From Candidatus Latescibacterota bacterium (lineage in GTDB: Bacteria; Latescibacterota; UBA2968; UBA8231), in contig CBDCDC010000002.1 of assembly GCA_965215195.1 (NCBI GenBank), forward strand, positions 2,912,001-2,976,000: DNA of 64,000 nucleotides. Direction: 5' to 3'. Under the pieces are notes generated by a model. That model searched no databases. It saw nothing but the letters and a program-made list of their open reading frames with translations, and was not told the origin of the DNA. The position numbers and the translations under genes are program-made. Shown in pieces: positions 9,090 through 18,324 of this stretch; position 1 is the first letter of the stretch; every line of letters begins with the position of its first letter.

Positions 9090-11195
9090 ATGGAAATTCG
9101 CCAATTCGCCGAGCAGGTGCTCTTTGGGACGCGCTGGGAGGACAAGCTCGTCGCCCTCGATCGCTACGAGGACCGTGCGCCCGGTGCGGGGATTGAGACC
9201 CCGAGTGCCCCGGGCCGCCCGCCCGGCTTGGGGTTGGACGAGTGGCACCAGCGGGAAAAGGTCCGCTTCCGCGACGTGCGCCACTTCCACAGCGAAAAAG
9301 AGCGCGGGCTGGTCTTGCACTTTTTTGCCAACCACGAGTTGCTCGCCTTGGAGCTGATGGCACTGGCCCTGCTCAAATTTCCGCAGGCCCCGGAGAAGTT
9401 TCGCCGCGGCTTGGTGCAGACGCTCAAAGACGAGCAGGAGCACGTGCGGCTCTACCAGCAGCGAATGCAGGCGATTGGGGTGCAGTTTGGCGAGATCCCG
9501 GTCGGCGACTTTTTCTGGAAGGCCATCGGGCCGATGCAGACCCCGATGGACTTTGTAACGGGCTTGAGCCTGACTCTCGAACAAGCCAATCTCGACTATG
9601 CGCGGCACTATGCCGAGGTCTATCGGCAGTTGGACGACCCGGAGACTGCGGCGATTCTGGAGCGGATCTACCGCGACGAAATCGGCCACGTCAAACACGG
9701 GCTGACGTGGTTTAGGCACTGGCAGGAGGCCGGGTTGAGCGAATGGGAAGCCTATGGCCGGGCCCTGCGCTTTCCGCTGGGCCCGGCGCGGGCCAAGGGC
9801 ATTGGCTTCAATCGCGCTGGTCGCCTTCAGGCCGGGCTTTCTGCGGACTATATCGACGAGTTAGAGCTTTTTTCGCAGTCGCGGGGACGCTGCCCGGCCG
9901 TGTACTGGTTCAACGCCAACTGCGAGGAGCAGGTGGCCTTGGGGCGGCCGGGTGTTACGCCGCCGCGGCCGGTGGCCGAGCTGGAGGCCGACTTCCAAGC
10001 ACTGCCCATGCTGCTGTGTGCCCGCGACGACGTAGTGCTCCTGCGCGAGAAGCCTTCGCCGGCTTTTTTGCGGCGGATGCAGGAGTTGGGTTTTGCGATC
10101 CCGGAGTTCGTCGAGTGCAGCGCGGATGGCCTCGCGGCGCTTGCCGAGCGCAAGGTCAACGCGCTCAGACCTTGGGGCTGGAGTCCAGACAGCGCTCAGT
10201 TGTTTGCGCCGTTGGTCGCGGGCTTGCCTCGCGGCGGGGAAGGGCCTTGCTGGAGCGCGGCGATTCGGCGGCTCTACGCCAAGTCGTGGAGCGCGGCGCG
10301 GCTGGGCGAATTCCTCGCGGCGCAGGAGGCCGACTATCTCTGTGGGGCGGATGTAGTAGGTACGGTCTGTGCGACGACAGACCAAACCTTGGCGCAGATA
10401 GGGCACTTGGCCGCGGCGGGTTTTGACGCGGTGGTCGTCAAGGCTATCTACGGCTCTTCGGGTCGCGGCCAAATCCACTGCCGTGGGGGACCACTGCGTA
10501 CGGCACAGCGCGGCTGGTTGGAGAACATTTTGCGACAGCAGGGCCAAGTCGTAGTAGAGCCGTGGCTCGACAAGGTAGTGGATCTGTCGCTGCACTTCGA
10601 CGTAGGGGCCGAGGGTGCGGCCGGGGCCGGCTGGACGCGGTTTCTCACGGCTGGGCGCGGGCAGTATCGCGGCGCGTTCGTTGGCTCGCTCACCGCCGGC
10701 CTCGACGAGGAGGTGAAGCGATTTCTCTACGGCGATGGCCGCGATGCACGCCGCTTGCCGCGGTTGGGCGAGCAGCTCGCCGAATGGCTCGCCGGCCCGA
10801 TGTGTGCTGCTGGCTATCGGGGGCCGGTCGGCGTGGATGCCATGGTGTACCGCGACCGCGACCGACTGCGGCTAAAGCCGATTGTGGAGATCAATCCGCG
10901 CACGACAATGGGGCGGGTGGCGCTCAAGTTGCAACAGGCGGTTAATTCGGCGCACACGGCCTTGTGGCTGGTGATTAGCCGGCGCGAGGTAACGGCGGCT
11001 GGTTTTGCCGACTTGGCTGAATGTGCCGCTGCGCTGGAGAGGACGCATCCGGCCCGGCTGATGCCTGACGGCCAGCAGTTGAGCGGTGGGGTGCTTTTTA
11101 CGACCGATCCGGCTCAGGCCCGTTCTTTCGCTACCGTGCTGCTGGTCGGGGAATCGCTGGACGAGTGTGAGGGCTATCTGCGGGATTTGGCTTAG
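9090..11195 (+). CDS. DUF455 ferritin-like diiron domain fused to an ATP-grasp-like domain
   Basis: HFFANHELLALE, DEQEH, LEQANLD and DEIGHV; C-terminal VVKAIYGSSGRG, VVVEPW, GVDA and VEINPR. Confidence 0.8.
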   Translation: MEIRQFAEQVLFGTRWEDKLVALDRYEDRAPGAGIETPSAPGRPPGLGLDEWHQREKVRFRDVRHFHSEKERGLVLHFFANHELLALELMALALLKFPQAPEKFRRGLVQTLKDEQEHVRLYQQRMQAIGVQFGEIPVGDFFWKAIGPMQTPMDFVTGLSLTLEQANLDYARHYAEVYRQLDDPETAAILERIYRDEIGHVKHGLTWFRHWQEAGLSEWEAYGRALRFPLGPARAKGIGFNRAGRLQAGLSADYIDELELFSQSRGRCPAVYWFNANCEEQVALGRPGVTPPRPVAELEADFQALPMLLCARDDVVLLREKPSPAFLRRMQELGFAIPEFVECSADGLAALAERKVNALRPWGWSPDSAQLFAPLVAGLPRGGEGPCWSAAIRRLYAKSWSAARLGEFLAAQEADYLCGADVVGTVCATTDQTLAQIGHLAAAGFDAVVVKAIYGSSGRGQIHCRGGPLRTAQRGWLENILRQQGQVVVEPWLDKVVDLSLHFDVGAEGAAGAGWTRFLTAGRGQYRGAFVGSLTAGLDEEVKRFLYGDGRDARRLPRLGEQLAEWLAGPMCAAGYRGPVGVDAMVYRDRDRLRLKPIVEINPRTTMGRVALKLQQAVNSAHTALWLVISRREVTAAGFADLAECAAALERTHPARLMPDGQQLSGGVLFTTDPAQARSFATVLLVGESLDECEGYLRDLA

Positions 11196-11226
11196 CCGGC
11201 CTTCACCGGGCGGTCATCTCATCCAT
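11044..11226 (+). repeat. 183-bp direct repeat, copy 1; copy 2 at 12376-12558
   Basis: 180/183 identical. Confidence 0.95.
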
Positions 11227-11496
11227 CAAGCGCGTGAACTCGGCGAGGTCCGCCACCTGTATGGCGGCGCGCAGCAAGGCTTGGAGTTGCTCCACCGCTT
11301 CGATGCCAGCCAAGCGACCCGACAACGCCCGGGCTAAATCCGCATCAAACCGAATCGCCAAGGCTTCTTGGATGCTTTGCCGAAGCCCAGCACGCCCTTG
11401 CTCAATGCCTTGCTCAATGCCTTGCTCAATGCCTTCTTCACGACCCTGCGCCAACGCTCGCTTGCGCAAAGACTCAAGTAACGGAAACTCAGTCAT
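11203..11496 (-). CDS. Putative intragenic small protein (RpnS-like antitoxin), 97 aa, in frame with Rpn
   Basis: GGAGG-agatt-ATG inside the gene, just before the GIEQ-repeat region. Confidence 0.6.
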   Translation of the reverse strand: MTEFPLLESLRKRALAQGREEGIEQGIEQGIEQGRAGLRQSIQEALAIRFDADLARALSGRLAGIEAVEQLQALLRAAIQVADLAEFTRLMDEMTAR

Positions 11497-12132
11497 AATC
11501 TCCTCCGAAATAAGAGAAAAAATGGTCAATTCCTCGCACACCAACGAACTCAACACCCCCATGTGCGCCAACACACTATGCTTGACGGCACGAGATACAG
11601 CTAACTCCTCGGTCGTCTCCACACACCGACGCAACCAAGCCTCCACATCCATCCCCTCAGGACGACCCATCAGCGGCGTGAACGGCAGCACCCCCACAGA
11701 ACCCGACGCCAAATGCGCCAGCCCATCCAACGCGGTCAGACGGATCACCTTGTAGCGCAGCACCACCTCATAGCCGGCGGCCTCTTGGAGGTATTGCCCC
11801 GGATCGCGACGACCCGCGTCGGGACGCAAGTAGATTACGTGCGAAAACAGGGGCAAGCCATACTCGGCAAGGCAGCGTCCCATGTACCGAGCCATCCGCA
11901 GCGGCATGGGCACGGCCGTGCTATCCGTGGTCTGAAACTCGCAGTGGACTAACGCCTTCTGGCCGTTGAGCCGCACCCGCAGCAGACTGTCCATCGCCTG
12001 CGTCTCCACGATGGGCTGCTCCGGGTTGAGCAGTTCCAGCATCTGCCCCTGTGAATGCCCGAGCAGAAAGGCCAAAAAGTCTTGCGGATAGGTGCTGATT
12101 AGGGACTTGGAAACAGTGTCAAAAGCGGCCAT
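11203..12132 (-). CDS. Rpn family PD-(D/E)XK nuclease / putative transposase
   Basis: FDTVSKSL..YPQDF, DSLLRV..VHCEFQ and PLRMARY motifs; GREEGIEQGIEQGIEQG tail repeat. Confidence 0.85.
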   Translation of the reverse strand: MAAFDTVSKSLISTYPQDFLAFLLGHSQGQMLELLNPEQPIVETQAMDSLLRVRLNGQKALVHCEFQTTDSTAVPMPLRMARYMGRCLAEYGLPLFSHVIYLRPDAGRRDPGQYLQEAAGYEVVLRYKVIRLTALDGLAHLASGSVGVLPFTPLMGRPEGMDVEAWLRRCVETTEELAVSRAVKHSVLAHMGVLSSLVCEELTIFSLISEEIMTEFPLLESLRKRALAQGREEGIEQGIEQGIEQGRAGLRQSIQEALAIRFDADLARALSGRLAGIEAVEQLQALLRAAIQVADLAEFTRLMDEMTAR

Positions 12133-12375
12133 CCGAGCCTTTCTGCTAAGCGTTGACGCGATGGGGAGAATATACCCGATTGGGATACAAATACAAATAT
12201 AGCTTTTTTGAATTCAACCGCTTCTTAGAGGCGTCTTAAAGTCCCTGTTGGGTCGCCTCAAGGTTACAAGGCGAAAACGCCTCGGATACCGGAGGTGGCG
12301 CATTGCTCGCCGAAAATTTCCACCTGCCTTCGGCCCGCGCCGGTCCAGTCCCACTGTGTGCCCAAGCGCAGACGC

Positions 12376-12558
12376 CGCATCCGGCCCGGCTGATGCCTGA
12401 CGGCCAGCAGTTGAGCGGTGGGGTGCTTTTTACGACCGATCCGGCTCAGGCCCGTTCTTTCGCTACCGTGCTGCTGGTCGGGGAATCGCTGGACGAGGGC
12501 GAGGGCTATCTGCGAGATTTGGCTTAGCCGGCCTTCACCGGGCGGTCATCTCATCCAT
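12376..12558 (+). repeat. 183-bp direct repeat, copy 2 (DUF455 3' end plus last 24 nt of rpn)
   Basis: Manual alignment to 11044-11226. Confidence 0.95.
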
Positions 12559-12570
12559 AGCCGACAAAAA

Positions 12571-12981
12571 TCAGCGATTCGCCAACAGCTCCTCTATCTC
12601 AGGCGGAAAGCCGCGCTGCCCGTCGCGGTTGAGGCTGGTGCCAGTGAGGCGGCCGTGCAGCACATGCGCGCGGTCGGCTTCTCTGAAGATGTCTTGGACA
12701 AAGCAAAAGCGCAGGCGGCTCTCCCGCTCCAAGCGCAACTCAACCGTGAAGCGGTCGCCGCTTCTGAGGGGGGCCTTGTAGTCGATTTCAGCGCGAGTGA
12801 GGACCAAGTCGTGGCCCTGTTGGTGGAAGCGGGCAAAGCTGAGGCCGAGGCTTTGCAAATACTGGTGGCGGGCGTGTTCGAGGTAGTTCTGGTACACGGC
12901 GTTGTTGACGACGCCTTGAAGGTCGCACTCGTAGTCGCGGACGGCTAGGGTGAGCGCGAAGTCGGGAGGCTGTGCTGGCAT
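12571..12981 (-). CDS. Acyl-CoA thioesterase (4HBT/YbgC hotdog fold)
   Basis: VRDYECDLQGVVNNAVYQNYLEHAR motif. Confidence 0.92.
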   Translation of the reverse strand: MPAQPPDFALTLAVRDYECDLQGVVNNAVYQNYLEHARHQYLQSLGLSFARFHQQGHDLVLTRAEIDYKAPLRSGDRFTVELRLERESRLRFCFVQDIFREADRAHVLHGRLTGTSLNRDGQRGFPPEIEELLANR

Positions 12982-13071
12982 GTTCTATCGTCCTATGGAC
13001 AAGAGCGACACTGCTGCTTGTTGGGTTGGGGGGACTTGGCTATTTTGTGCCCCACAAAAGGAGGGCGAGCC

Positions 13072-14034
13072 ATGCTAAAAATATCCGCTTGGCACGGCGA
13101 TTTGTCGGAATCGTACCTGCGCTACGTCACCCAACTCGGAGTCGATTGCTTGGACTTTGGCGCGGGCGACTACTTCCCCGGGGTCAAAGAGCAGGGCTAT
13201 CCCGACTTGGACGCCGTGATAAAAATAAGAAAGAAAATCCGTTCTTGGGGCTTGGACATCAATCGCGTGACCCTGCCGGACATAACCGAAAAGTTCATGT
13301 CCGGGCAGAGCGGCTGCGAGGAGGAACTGGAAAACACGGCCGCGGCGCTGGAGGTTTTTGCCGCGGCCGGAGTGCCCATTGCGCGGCAGCGATTTCACGG
13401 CGATGTGTTCCCTTGGATGCTCCACCGCTGGAACTCGCCGCGGCGCGGCGGCTACCACTACCGGGCCGAGAGCCGCGGCTTGGCCGAGAGTGATGAGGGG
13501 CCGCCTTCGCCCGAGGCGTTGGACACGTGGTGGGCGCGCTTTTGCACGGTGTACGAGCGCTTGGTACCCATTGCCGAAGACCGCGATATCAAGCTGGCGA
13601 TCCACCCGTCGGACTCGCCGCTGCCGGATACGCCGCTGGGCGGCTTGGGTTTTCCCAAGGTCATCGACGCCTTTCCGAGTCGCCAGGTCGGGTACCTCTA
13701 CTGCTGCGGCACCCGCGCCGAGGCCGGGGGCTTGCCCTTAGTGCTCGACGAGGTCCACAACTACGGGCGCAAGGGCCGGATTTTCATGGTGCATCTGCGC
13801 AATGTGCGCGGGAGCTTGGCCACGGCCGGAGGATTTGAGGAGACTCTGCTCGACGATGGCGACATGAATATGGCCAAAATCCTGCTGGAGTTGCACCGGG
13901 TGGGTTTCGACGGGTGCATCAACCCGGACCACATTCCAGCGCTAGAAGGGGACGCGGGGGCCTTGACGCGGGGGTTGGCGTACTCGGTGGGGTACATCAA
14001 GGCGTTGTTCGCCATGTTGGCGGCGATCAAGTAG
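13072..14034 (+). CDS. Mannonate dehydratase (UxuA)-like TIM-barrel protein
   Basis: LAIHPSD, VHLRNVRG, DDGDMNM, PDHIP and AYSVGYIKA motifs; AGGAGG SD. Confidence 0.8.
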   Translation: MLKISAWHGDLSESYLRYVTQLGVDCLDFGAGDYFPGVKEQGYPDLDAVIKIRKKIRSWGLDINRVTLPDITEKFMSGQSGCEEELENTAAALEVFAAAGVPIARQRFHGDVFPWMLHRWNSPRRGGYHYRAESRGLAESDEGPPSPEALDTWWARFCTVYERLVPIAEDRDIKLAIHPSDSPLPDTPLGGLGFPKVIDAFPSRQVGYLYCCGTRAEAGGLPLVLDEVHNYGRKGRIFMVHLRNVRGSLATAGGFEETLLDDGDMNMAKILLELHRVGFDGCINPDHIPALEGDAGALTRGLAYSVGYIKALFAMLAAIK

Positions 14035-14100
14035 TGGTTAGTCCCCGCACGACACAGGGCACTAATTCGCCTAAAGTCGGCAGTCTGCAAGGAGTTTGCT

Positions 14101-15300
14101 ATGGAAATGAGCAAAAAGAAAATCGCGGCGATCATCACCGAATACCGCCCCAGGTCGCACGCCGACGTGATCGTCTCCAAGTTCCTCAAGGGCTTTCCCA
14201 CAGACGAGGGCTTGTGTGCGCCGAGGGTCGAAATCGCGTCTATGTACATCGACCAGTTCCCGGAAAACGACATGGGACGGGCGATGGCCCAAGAGCACGG
14301 GGTGCCGATTTTTAACAGCATCTCGGCGGCATTGTGTCTGGGGGGACAAGAGCTAGCGGTGGATGGGGTATTGTCCATCGGCGAGCACGGGGACTACGCT
14401 TGGAACGAAAAGGAGCAGCAGCTGTATCCGCGCCGCTACTTTATGGAGCAAATCTGCGGGGTGATGGCAACGGCGAAGCGAGGGGTGCCGGTGTTTAACG
14501 ACAAGCACTTGTCCTATAGCTGGACCGATGCGCTGTGGATGTACCAACGGGCGCAGGCGTTGGGGGCGGCGTTTATGGGCGGGTCTTCGCTGCCGGTGTG
14601 TTGGCGGCAGCCTTGGGTTGAGCACGAGTTGGAAACCCCTGTGGAGGAGGCGTTGGCGATCGGGTTTTCTGGGCTGGATATCTACGGGTTCCACACCCTC
14701 GAAGTCCTCCAGTGCATGGTCGAGCGGCGGCAAGGCGGCGAGACCGGGGTGGCCGCGGTGACCTGTCTGGAGGGGGAGGCCGTGTGGCGGGCCGCCGATG
14801 AGGGATTGTGGTCGCGGGACTTGGCAGAAGCGGCCTGCGCGGCAATTGCCGACAAGCCCGAGGGGTCGATGGAGGAGCACTGCCAAAACCCGGCGCTTTT
14901 TGTCGTGGAATACAGCGATGGCTTGCCGGGGGCCGTGCTGATGCTCAACGGCTACGTTCGCGACTTGGCGTATGCGGCGCGGGTCGGCGGACAGGTGCAA
15001 GCCTGCGAATTCTACGCCCAAGGGCACGGCGGGCCGGACGGGGCGTACGCGCATTTTAGCTACCTGTCGCTCAACGTCGAAGAGATGTTCCTGAGCGGCG
15101 CGGCCCAGTATCCAGTTGAGCGCACTTTGCTGACCAGCGGCATCCTCGAAGCGGCACTGACGTCGCGCTACGAGGGCTACAAGCGGCTGGAGACGCCGTG
15201 GCTGGACGTGGAATACCGGTCGTATGATACGTTGCGCTGGCGACCGACTGGGCCACGGCCGACTGGATCTTGCTTGGATCCGTGGCCGCCGAGCGCGTGA
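14101..15300 (+). CDS. Conserved hypothetical protein (Gfo/Idh/MocA-like oxidoreductase fold)
   Basis: VDGVLSIGEHGDY, PVFNDKHL, YGFHTLE and YPVERTLLTSG motifs. Confidence 0.7.
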   Translation: MEMSKKKIAAIITEYRPRSHADVIVSKFLKGFPTDEGLCAPRVEIASMYIDQFPENDMGRAMAQEHGVPIFNSISAALCLGGQELAVDGVLSIGEHGDYAWNEKEQQLYPRRYFMEQICGVMATAKRGVPVFNDKHLSYSWTDALWMYQRAQALGAAFMGGSSLPVCWRQPWVEHELETPVEEALAIGFSGLDIYGFHTLEVLQCMVERRQGGETGVAAVTCLEGEAVWRAADEGLWSRDLAEAACAAIADKPEGSMEEHCQNPALFVVEYSDGLPGAVLMLNGYVRDLAYAARVGGQVQACEFYAQGHGGPDGAYAHFSYLSLNVEEMFLSGAAQYPVERTLLTSGILEAALTSRYEGYKRLETPWLDVEYRSYDTLRWRPTGPRPTGSCLDPWPPSA

Positions 15301-15383
15301 GCGGTAGACCTCGGCGGCTTGCTAGCCAGCTCATACATGCTACCACTCCCCTAAGGATCAGCCTGTACACTTGTCTGAACAAC

Positions 15384-15408
15384 GGGCGACTACAAGGGTC
15401 GCCCCTAC
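15384..15408. repeat. REP-like palindrome GGGCGAC-tacaagg-GTCGCCC-CTAC
   Basis: Hairpin with a terminal CTAC (GTAG on the reverse strand), typical of REPs. Confidence 0.6.
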
Positions 15409-15547
15409 ATAAATGACGTGTTCAGAGCTTGAGCCCCGCCCCTGCTGTTCACGCCAGCTTCATCCGCTGCGCTCAGCGACGGGGATCGCGCACAGGAAGG
15501 ACAAAACTGGTTTTTGGCTTTCACCTAATCCAAGGAGGGATACCACG

Positions 15548-16582
15548 ATGCAACATCTCGCCACAATCGCGCTGGCCTTGGTGGCCGGCGCGGCCTTCGC
15601 CCAAGAGCCAATGGGCGACCCGTCGATCATTGCCAAAGATGCCCAACTCGAAGTGCTCTTCGACGGCGCGTTCTTTTCCGAGGGGCCGGCCGTGGCCCCT
15701 GACGGCTCGGTTTTCTTTAGCGACATTACCTTTTCCAAGAAATCGGGGATGCAGGCCGGGCATATATGGCGCTACGATCCCAAGAGCGGCAAGACTGCGA
15801 TCTTCCGCTCGCCCAGCGGCATGTCCAACGGGCTCAAGTTCGACGCGCTGGGCCGGCTGATCGCCGCAGAGGGCGCTGATTTTGGCGGGCAGCGCGTGAC
15901 GCGCACCGACCTTACAAGCGGCAAGGCCGAGATCATCGCCGGGCTGTACGAGGGCCGCCCCTTTAACGCCCCCAATGACATTTCCATTGACGAGAAGGGC
16001 CGCATCTACTTCAGCGACCCGCGCTATCTGGGGCACGAGCCGCTCGACCAGCCGGTGATGGGGGTGTACCGGATTGACCCGGACGGCACTATCGAGCGGA
16101 TCATCACCGACGCCGGCAAGCCCAACGGCGTCTGCGTTGCCCCGGACCAGCAGTCGCTCTACGTGGTGAGCAACGACAACGGCAATACCGGCATCTTCCG
16201 CTTGGAAGGTACGCCCGCGCACAAGGGCCGGATGGCGCTGTTGGCGTACGACTTGCACCCCGACGGCACGGCCACATTCCGCGAGGTGCTGGTCGATTAC
16301 TACCCAGAAGATGGGCCGGACGGCCTAGTCGCCGACGTCGATGGCAACCTGTACGTGGCGGTGCGCGATGTAACGCGCCCGGGCATCGTCGTGTATGCGC
16401 CCAGCGGCGAGGAATTGGCCTACATCCCCACGCCCGAAGTTCCGACCAACACGGCGTTTGGTCGCGGTGCAGAGAGCAAGACGCTCTACGTCACCTACGG
16501 AGGGGGTGCGCCGCCGGAAAACCCTGGCATCTTGGCCAAGATAAAGGTCAATAAGGACGGATACCACCTGCCGGCCCCGTGA
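15548..16582 (+). CDS. SMP-30/gluconolactonase/LRE family protein, secreted
   Basis: Signal peptide; EGP, SNGL, NAPND, PNG and PDG motifs. Confidence 0.92.
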   Translation: MQHLATIALALVAGAAFAQEPMGDPSIIAKDAQLEVLFDGAFFSEGPAVAPDGSVFFSDITFSKKSGMQAGHIWRYDPKSGKTAIFRSPSGMSNGLKFDALGRLIAAEGADFGGQRVTRTDLTSGKAEIIAGLYEGRPFNAPNDISIDEKGRIYFSDPRYLGHEPLDQPVMGVYRIDPDGTIERIITDAGKPNGVCVAPDQQSLYVVSNDNGNTGIFRLEGTPAHKGRMALLAYDLHPDGTATFREVLVDYYPEDGPDGLVADVDGNLYVAVRDVTRPGIVVYAPSGEELAYIPTPEVPTNTAFGRGAESKTLYVTYGGGAPPENPGILAKIKVNKDGYHLPAP

Positions 16583-16586
16583 TGCG

Positions 16587-18296
16587 ATGACTTCTTTAGA
16601 CTGGGCCGTCGTCTTGGTCCTCAACGGCGGCATTGTCGCCTACAGCCTGATTGCCTTCCGCAACAAGGGCGAGAGTTTCGACTGGTACCTCGCGGCCAAA
16701 TCCATGCCTTGGTGGGTGATTGGGCTGTCGGCGTTTGGCACGGCCGTCGATAGCGGCGATTACGTCGGCATTGTCGGCGGATCGTACAAGCTCGGGCTGT
16801 CGCAACTGGCGCAGTGGTGGCTGGGCATTGCCGTGGGCTGGACCGTGCTCAGCTTCTTCGTCATCGTGCCGATGTACCGCTCTGGGGTTTTTACCAACGC
16901 CGAGTGGCTGGAGTTCCGCTTCGGGCCAGCGGCCCGCCTGCTAGCGGTCTTGATCAACGTCCAGTCGCGGACCAACGTGCTGGGCAACATCTTCTTTTCC
17001 ATGTTCTTGGTGCTCAATGTCATTGCCGGAATCGAGGATACGACCTGCTGGTTGGTGGTGGTGGGCGTGGCACTTAGCTCGGTGCTTTACATCGTGCGCG
17101 GCGGCTTGCGGGCCGGGGTCCTGACCGACGCGCTACAAAGCGCGACGATGATCGTGGCCTCTTTTGTGCTCTGGGGATTCGTCTATTCGGGGCTGGGCGG
17201 TTGGGACGGGGTGGCGGCGCGGCTGGAGGCCGTGGAAGAAGGGCTGGCGGATACGCTGCTGCACGTGGGAGGCTATTCGCCGCCCGGTGTGCCTCCCTTC
17301 ATAGTGATATTCGGCTTTTTGGTGGTGTTGACTACGTATGCGATTATCAACCAGTATGAGGCCATTCGCTTCCTCGGTGCGCGCTCGGAGTGGGACTTCA
17401 AAATGGCCGCGCTGGTGGCCAGCATCGCCACGGCGATTTGCCTGTTCTTCAACGTCAGCTTGGGGCCGATGGCGCGGGCGCAGTTTCCCGGCTTGGAAAT
17501 CGTCGATCAGGCCTATCCGCTGATGATCGAAGCGCACCTACCCGCTGGGCTGGTCGGGCTGGTGGTCGCCGGGCTGGTGGCAGCCGGGTACTCGACCTTT
17601 GACTCCATCGGCATTGGCATTTCCTCCCTCTTCGTGCGCGACGTGTACGCGCGCTTTATCGTCAAGAACGCCACGGATGCGCACTACACCAAGGTGGGGC
17701 GAATCTCAGTGCCGATCATTCTGGCGCTGGGCTTTGTCTATGTGCCCTTTTTGGGCGAGAAGGGGATGCTGCTGTTCTACCTGCGGCTGGCCGGGGCCAT
17801 TGCCGTGCCCCTGATGACGGTCATTTTGATGGGGGTTTTCACGCGAGTACACCGCGAGACCGGGATCGTCGGCTTGCTGGTGGGCTTAGGCTACGGGATG
17901 TCGGCGATATTGGCCGACTTCAACGAGTGGCCGCTGCCGGTGTGGTACCAGAATACGTGGTGGACCTACCTGTGGAATTTGGTGCTGCCTGCGCTGAGCA
18001 TGCTCATCGCTTCAAAGGTGATCGACTGGCGGCGCGGTCCGGTGCGCGACGAAGAATTGCGCGGGCTGATTTACGTCCGCCGCGAAGACCCGGCCGCATT
18101 GCGGCAGCACATGGGCCAGCGGCTCGCGGCGCTGGAAGGCACTTGGTTGCAAAAGACGCTAATGGAAGCCCCGATTCGGCCGGAGTACCCTTTTGCTGTA
18201 GGAGCGGATGGTCCGCGCTGGTACTTGCGGCCGGGGGTGTGGATCGGGGTTTATTTGGCCGTGGCGAGTATTCTACTTTTCGTGGTGTTATGGTAG
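16587..18296 (+). CDS. Sodium:solute symporter family transporter
   Basis: About 13-14 TM helices; MPWWVIGLS, EWLEFRFG and GGLRAGVLTDALQ motifs. Confidence 0.92.
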   Translation: MTSLDWAVVLVLNGGIVAYSLIAFRNKGESFDWYLAAKSMPWWVIGLSAFGTAVDSGDYVGIVGGSYKLGLSQLAQWWLGIAVGWTVLSFFVIVPMYRSGVFTNAEWLEFRFGPAARLLAVLINVQSRTNVLGNIFFSMFLVLNVIAGIEDTTCWLVVVGVALSSVLYIVRGGLRAGVLTDALQSATMIVASFVLWGFVYSGLGGWDGVAARLEAVEEGLADTLLHVGGYSPPGVPPFIVIFGFLVVLTTYAIINQYEAIRFLGARSEWDFKMAALVASIATAICLFFNVSLGPMARAQFPGLEIVDQAYPLMIEAHLPAGLVGLVVAGLVAAGYSTFDSIGIGISSLFVRDVYARFIVKNATDAHYTKVGRISVPIILALGFVYVPFLGEKGMLLFYLRLAGAIAVPLMTVILMGVFTRVHRETGIVGLLVGLGYGMSAILADFNEWPLPVWYQNTWWTYLWNLVLPALSMLIASKVIDWRRGPVRDEELRGLIYVRREDPAALRQHMGQRLAALEGTWLQKTLMEAPIRPEYPFAVGADGPRWYLRPGVWIGVYLAVASILLFVVLW

Positions 18297-18324
18297 GCAT
18301 TAGATGCGACGGAGGAGAGCAATT

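Noticed and set aside
11396-11435. 12-bp tandem repeats as a CRISPR-like array
   Set aside because: Coding GIEQ repeats of Rpn; no spacers.
12225-12375. Short hairpins upstream of rpn as an ncRNA
   Set aside because: Weak GC-rich pairings without promoter/terminator framing.
12303-12527. 74-aa ORF matching the DUF455 protein C-terminus
   Set aside because: Product of the 183-bp duplication; no convincing SD or start.
11044-12558. Repeat pairs (also 3253/4206) as diversity-generating retroelement TR/VR
   Set aside because: Mismatches are few and not adenine-specific, and no reverse transcriptase is in the window.
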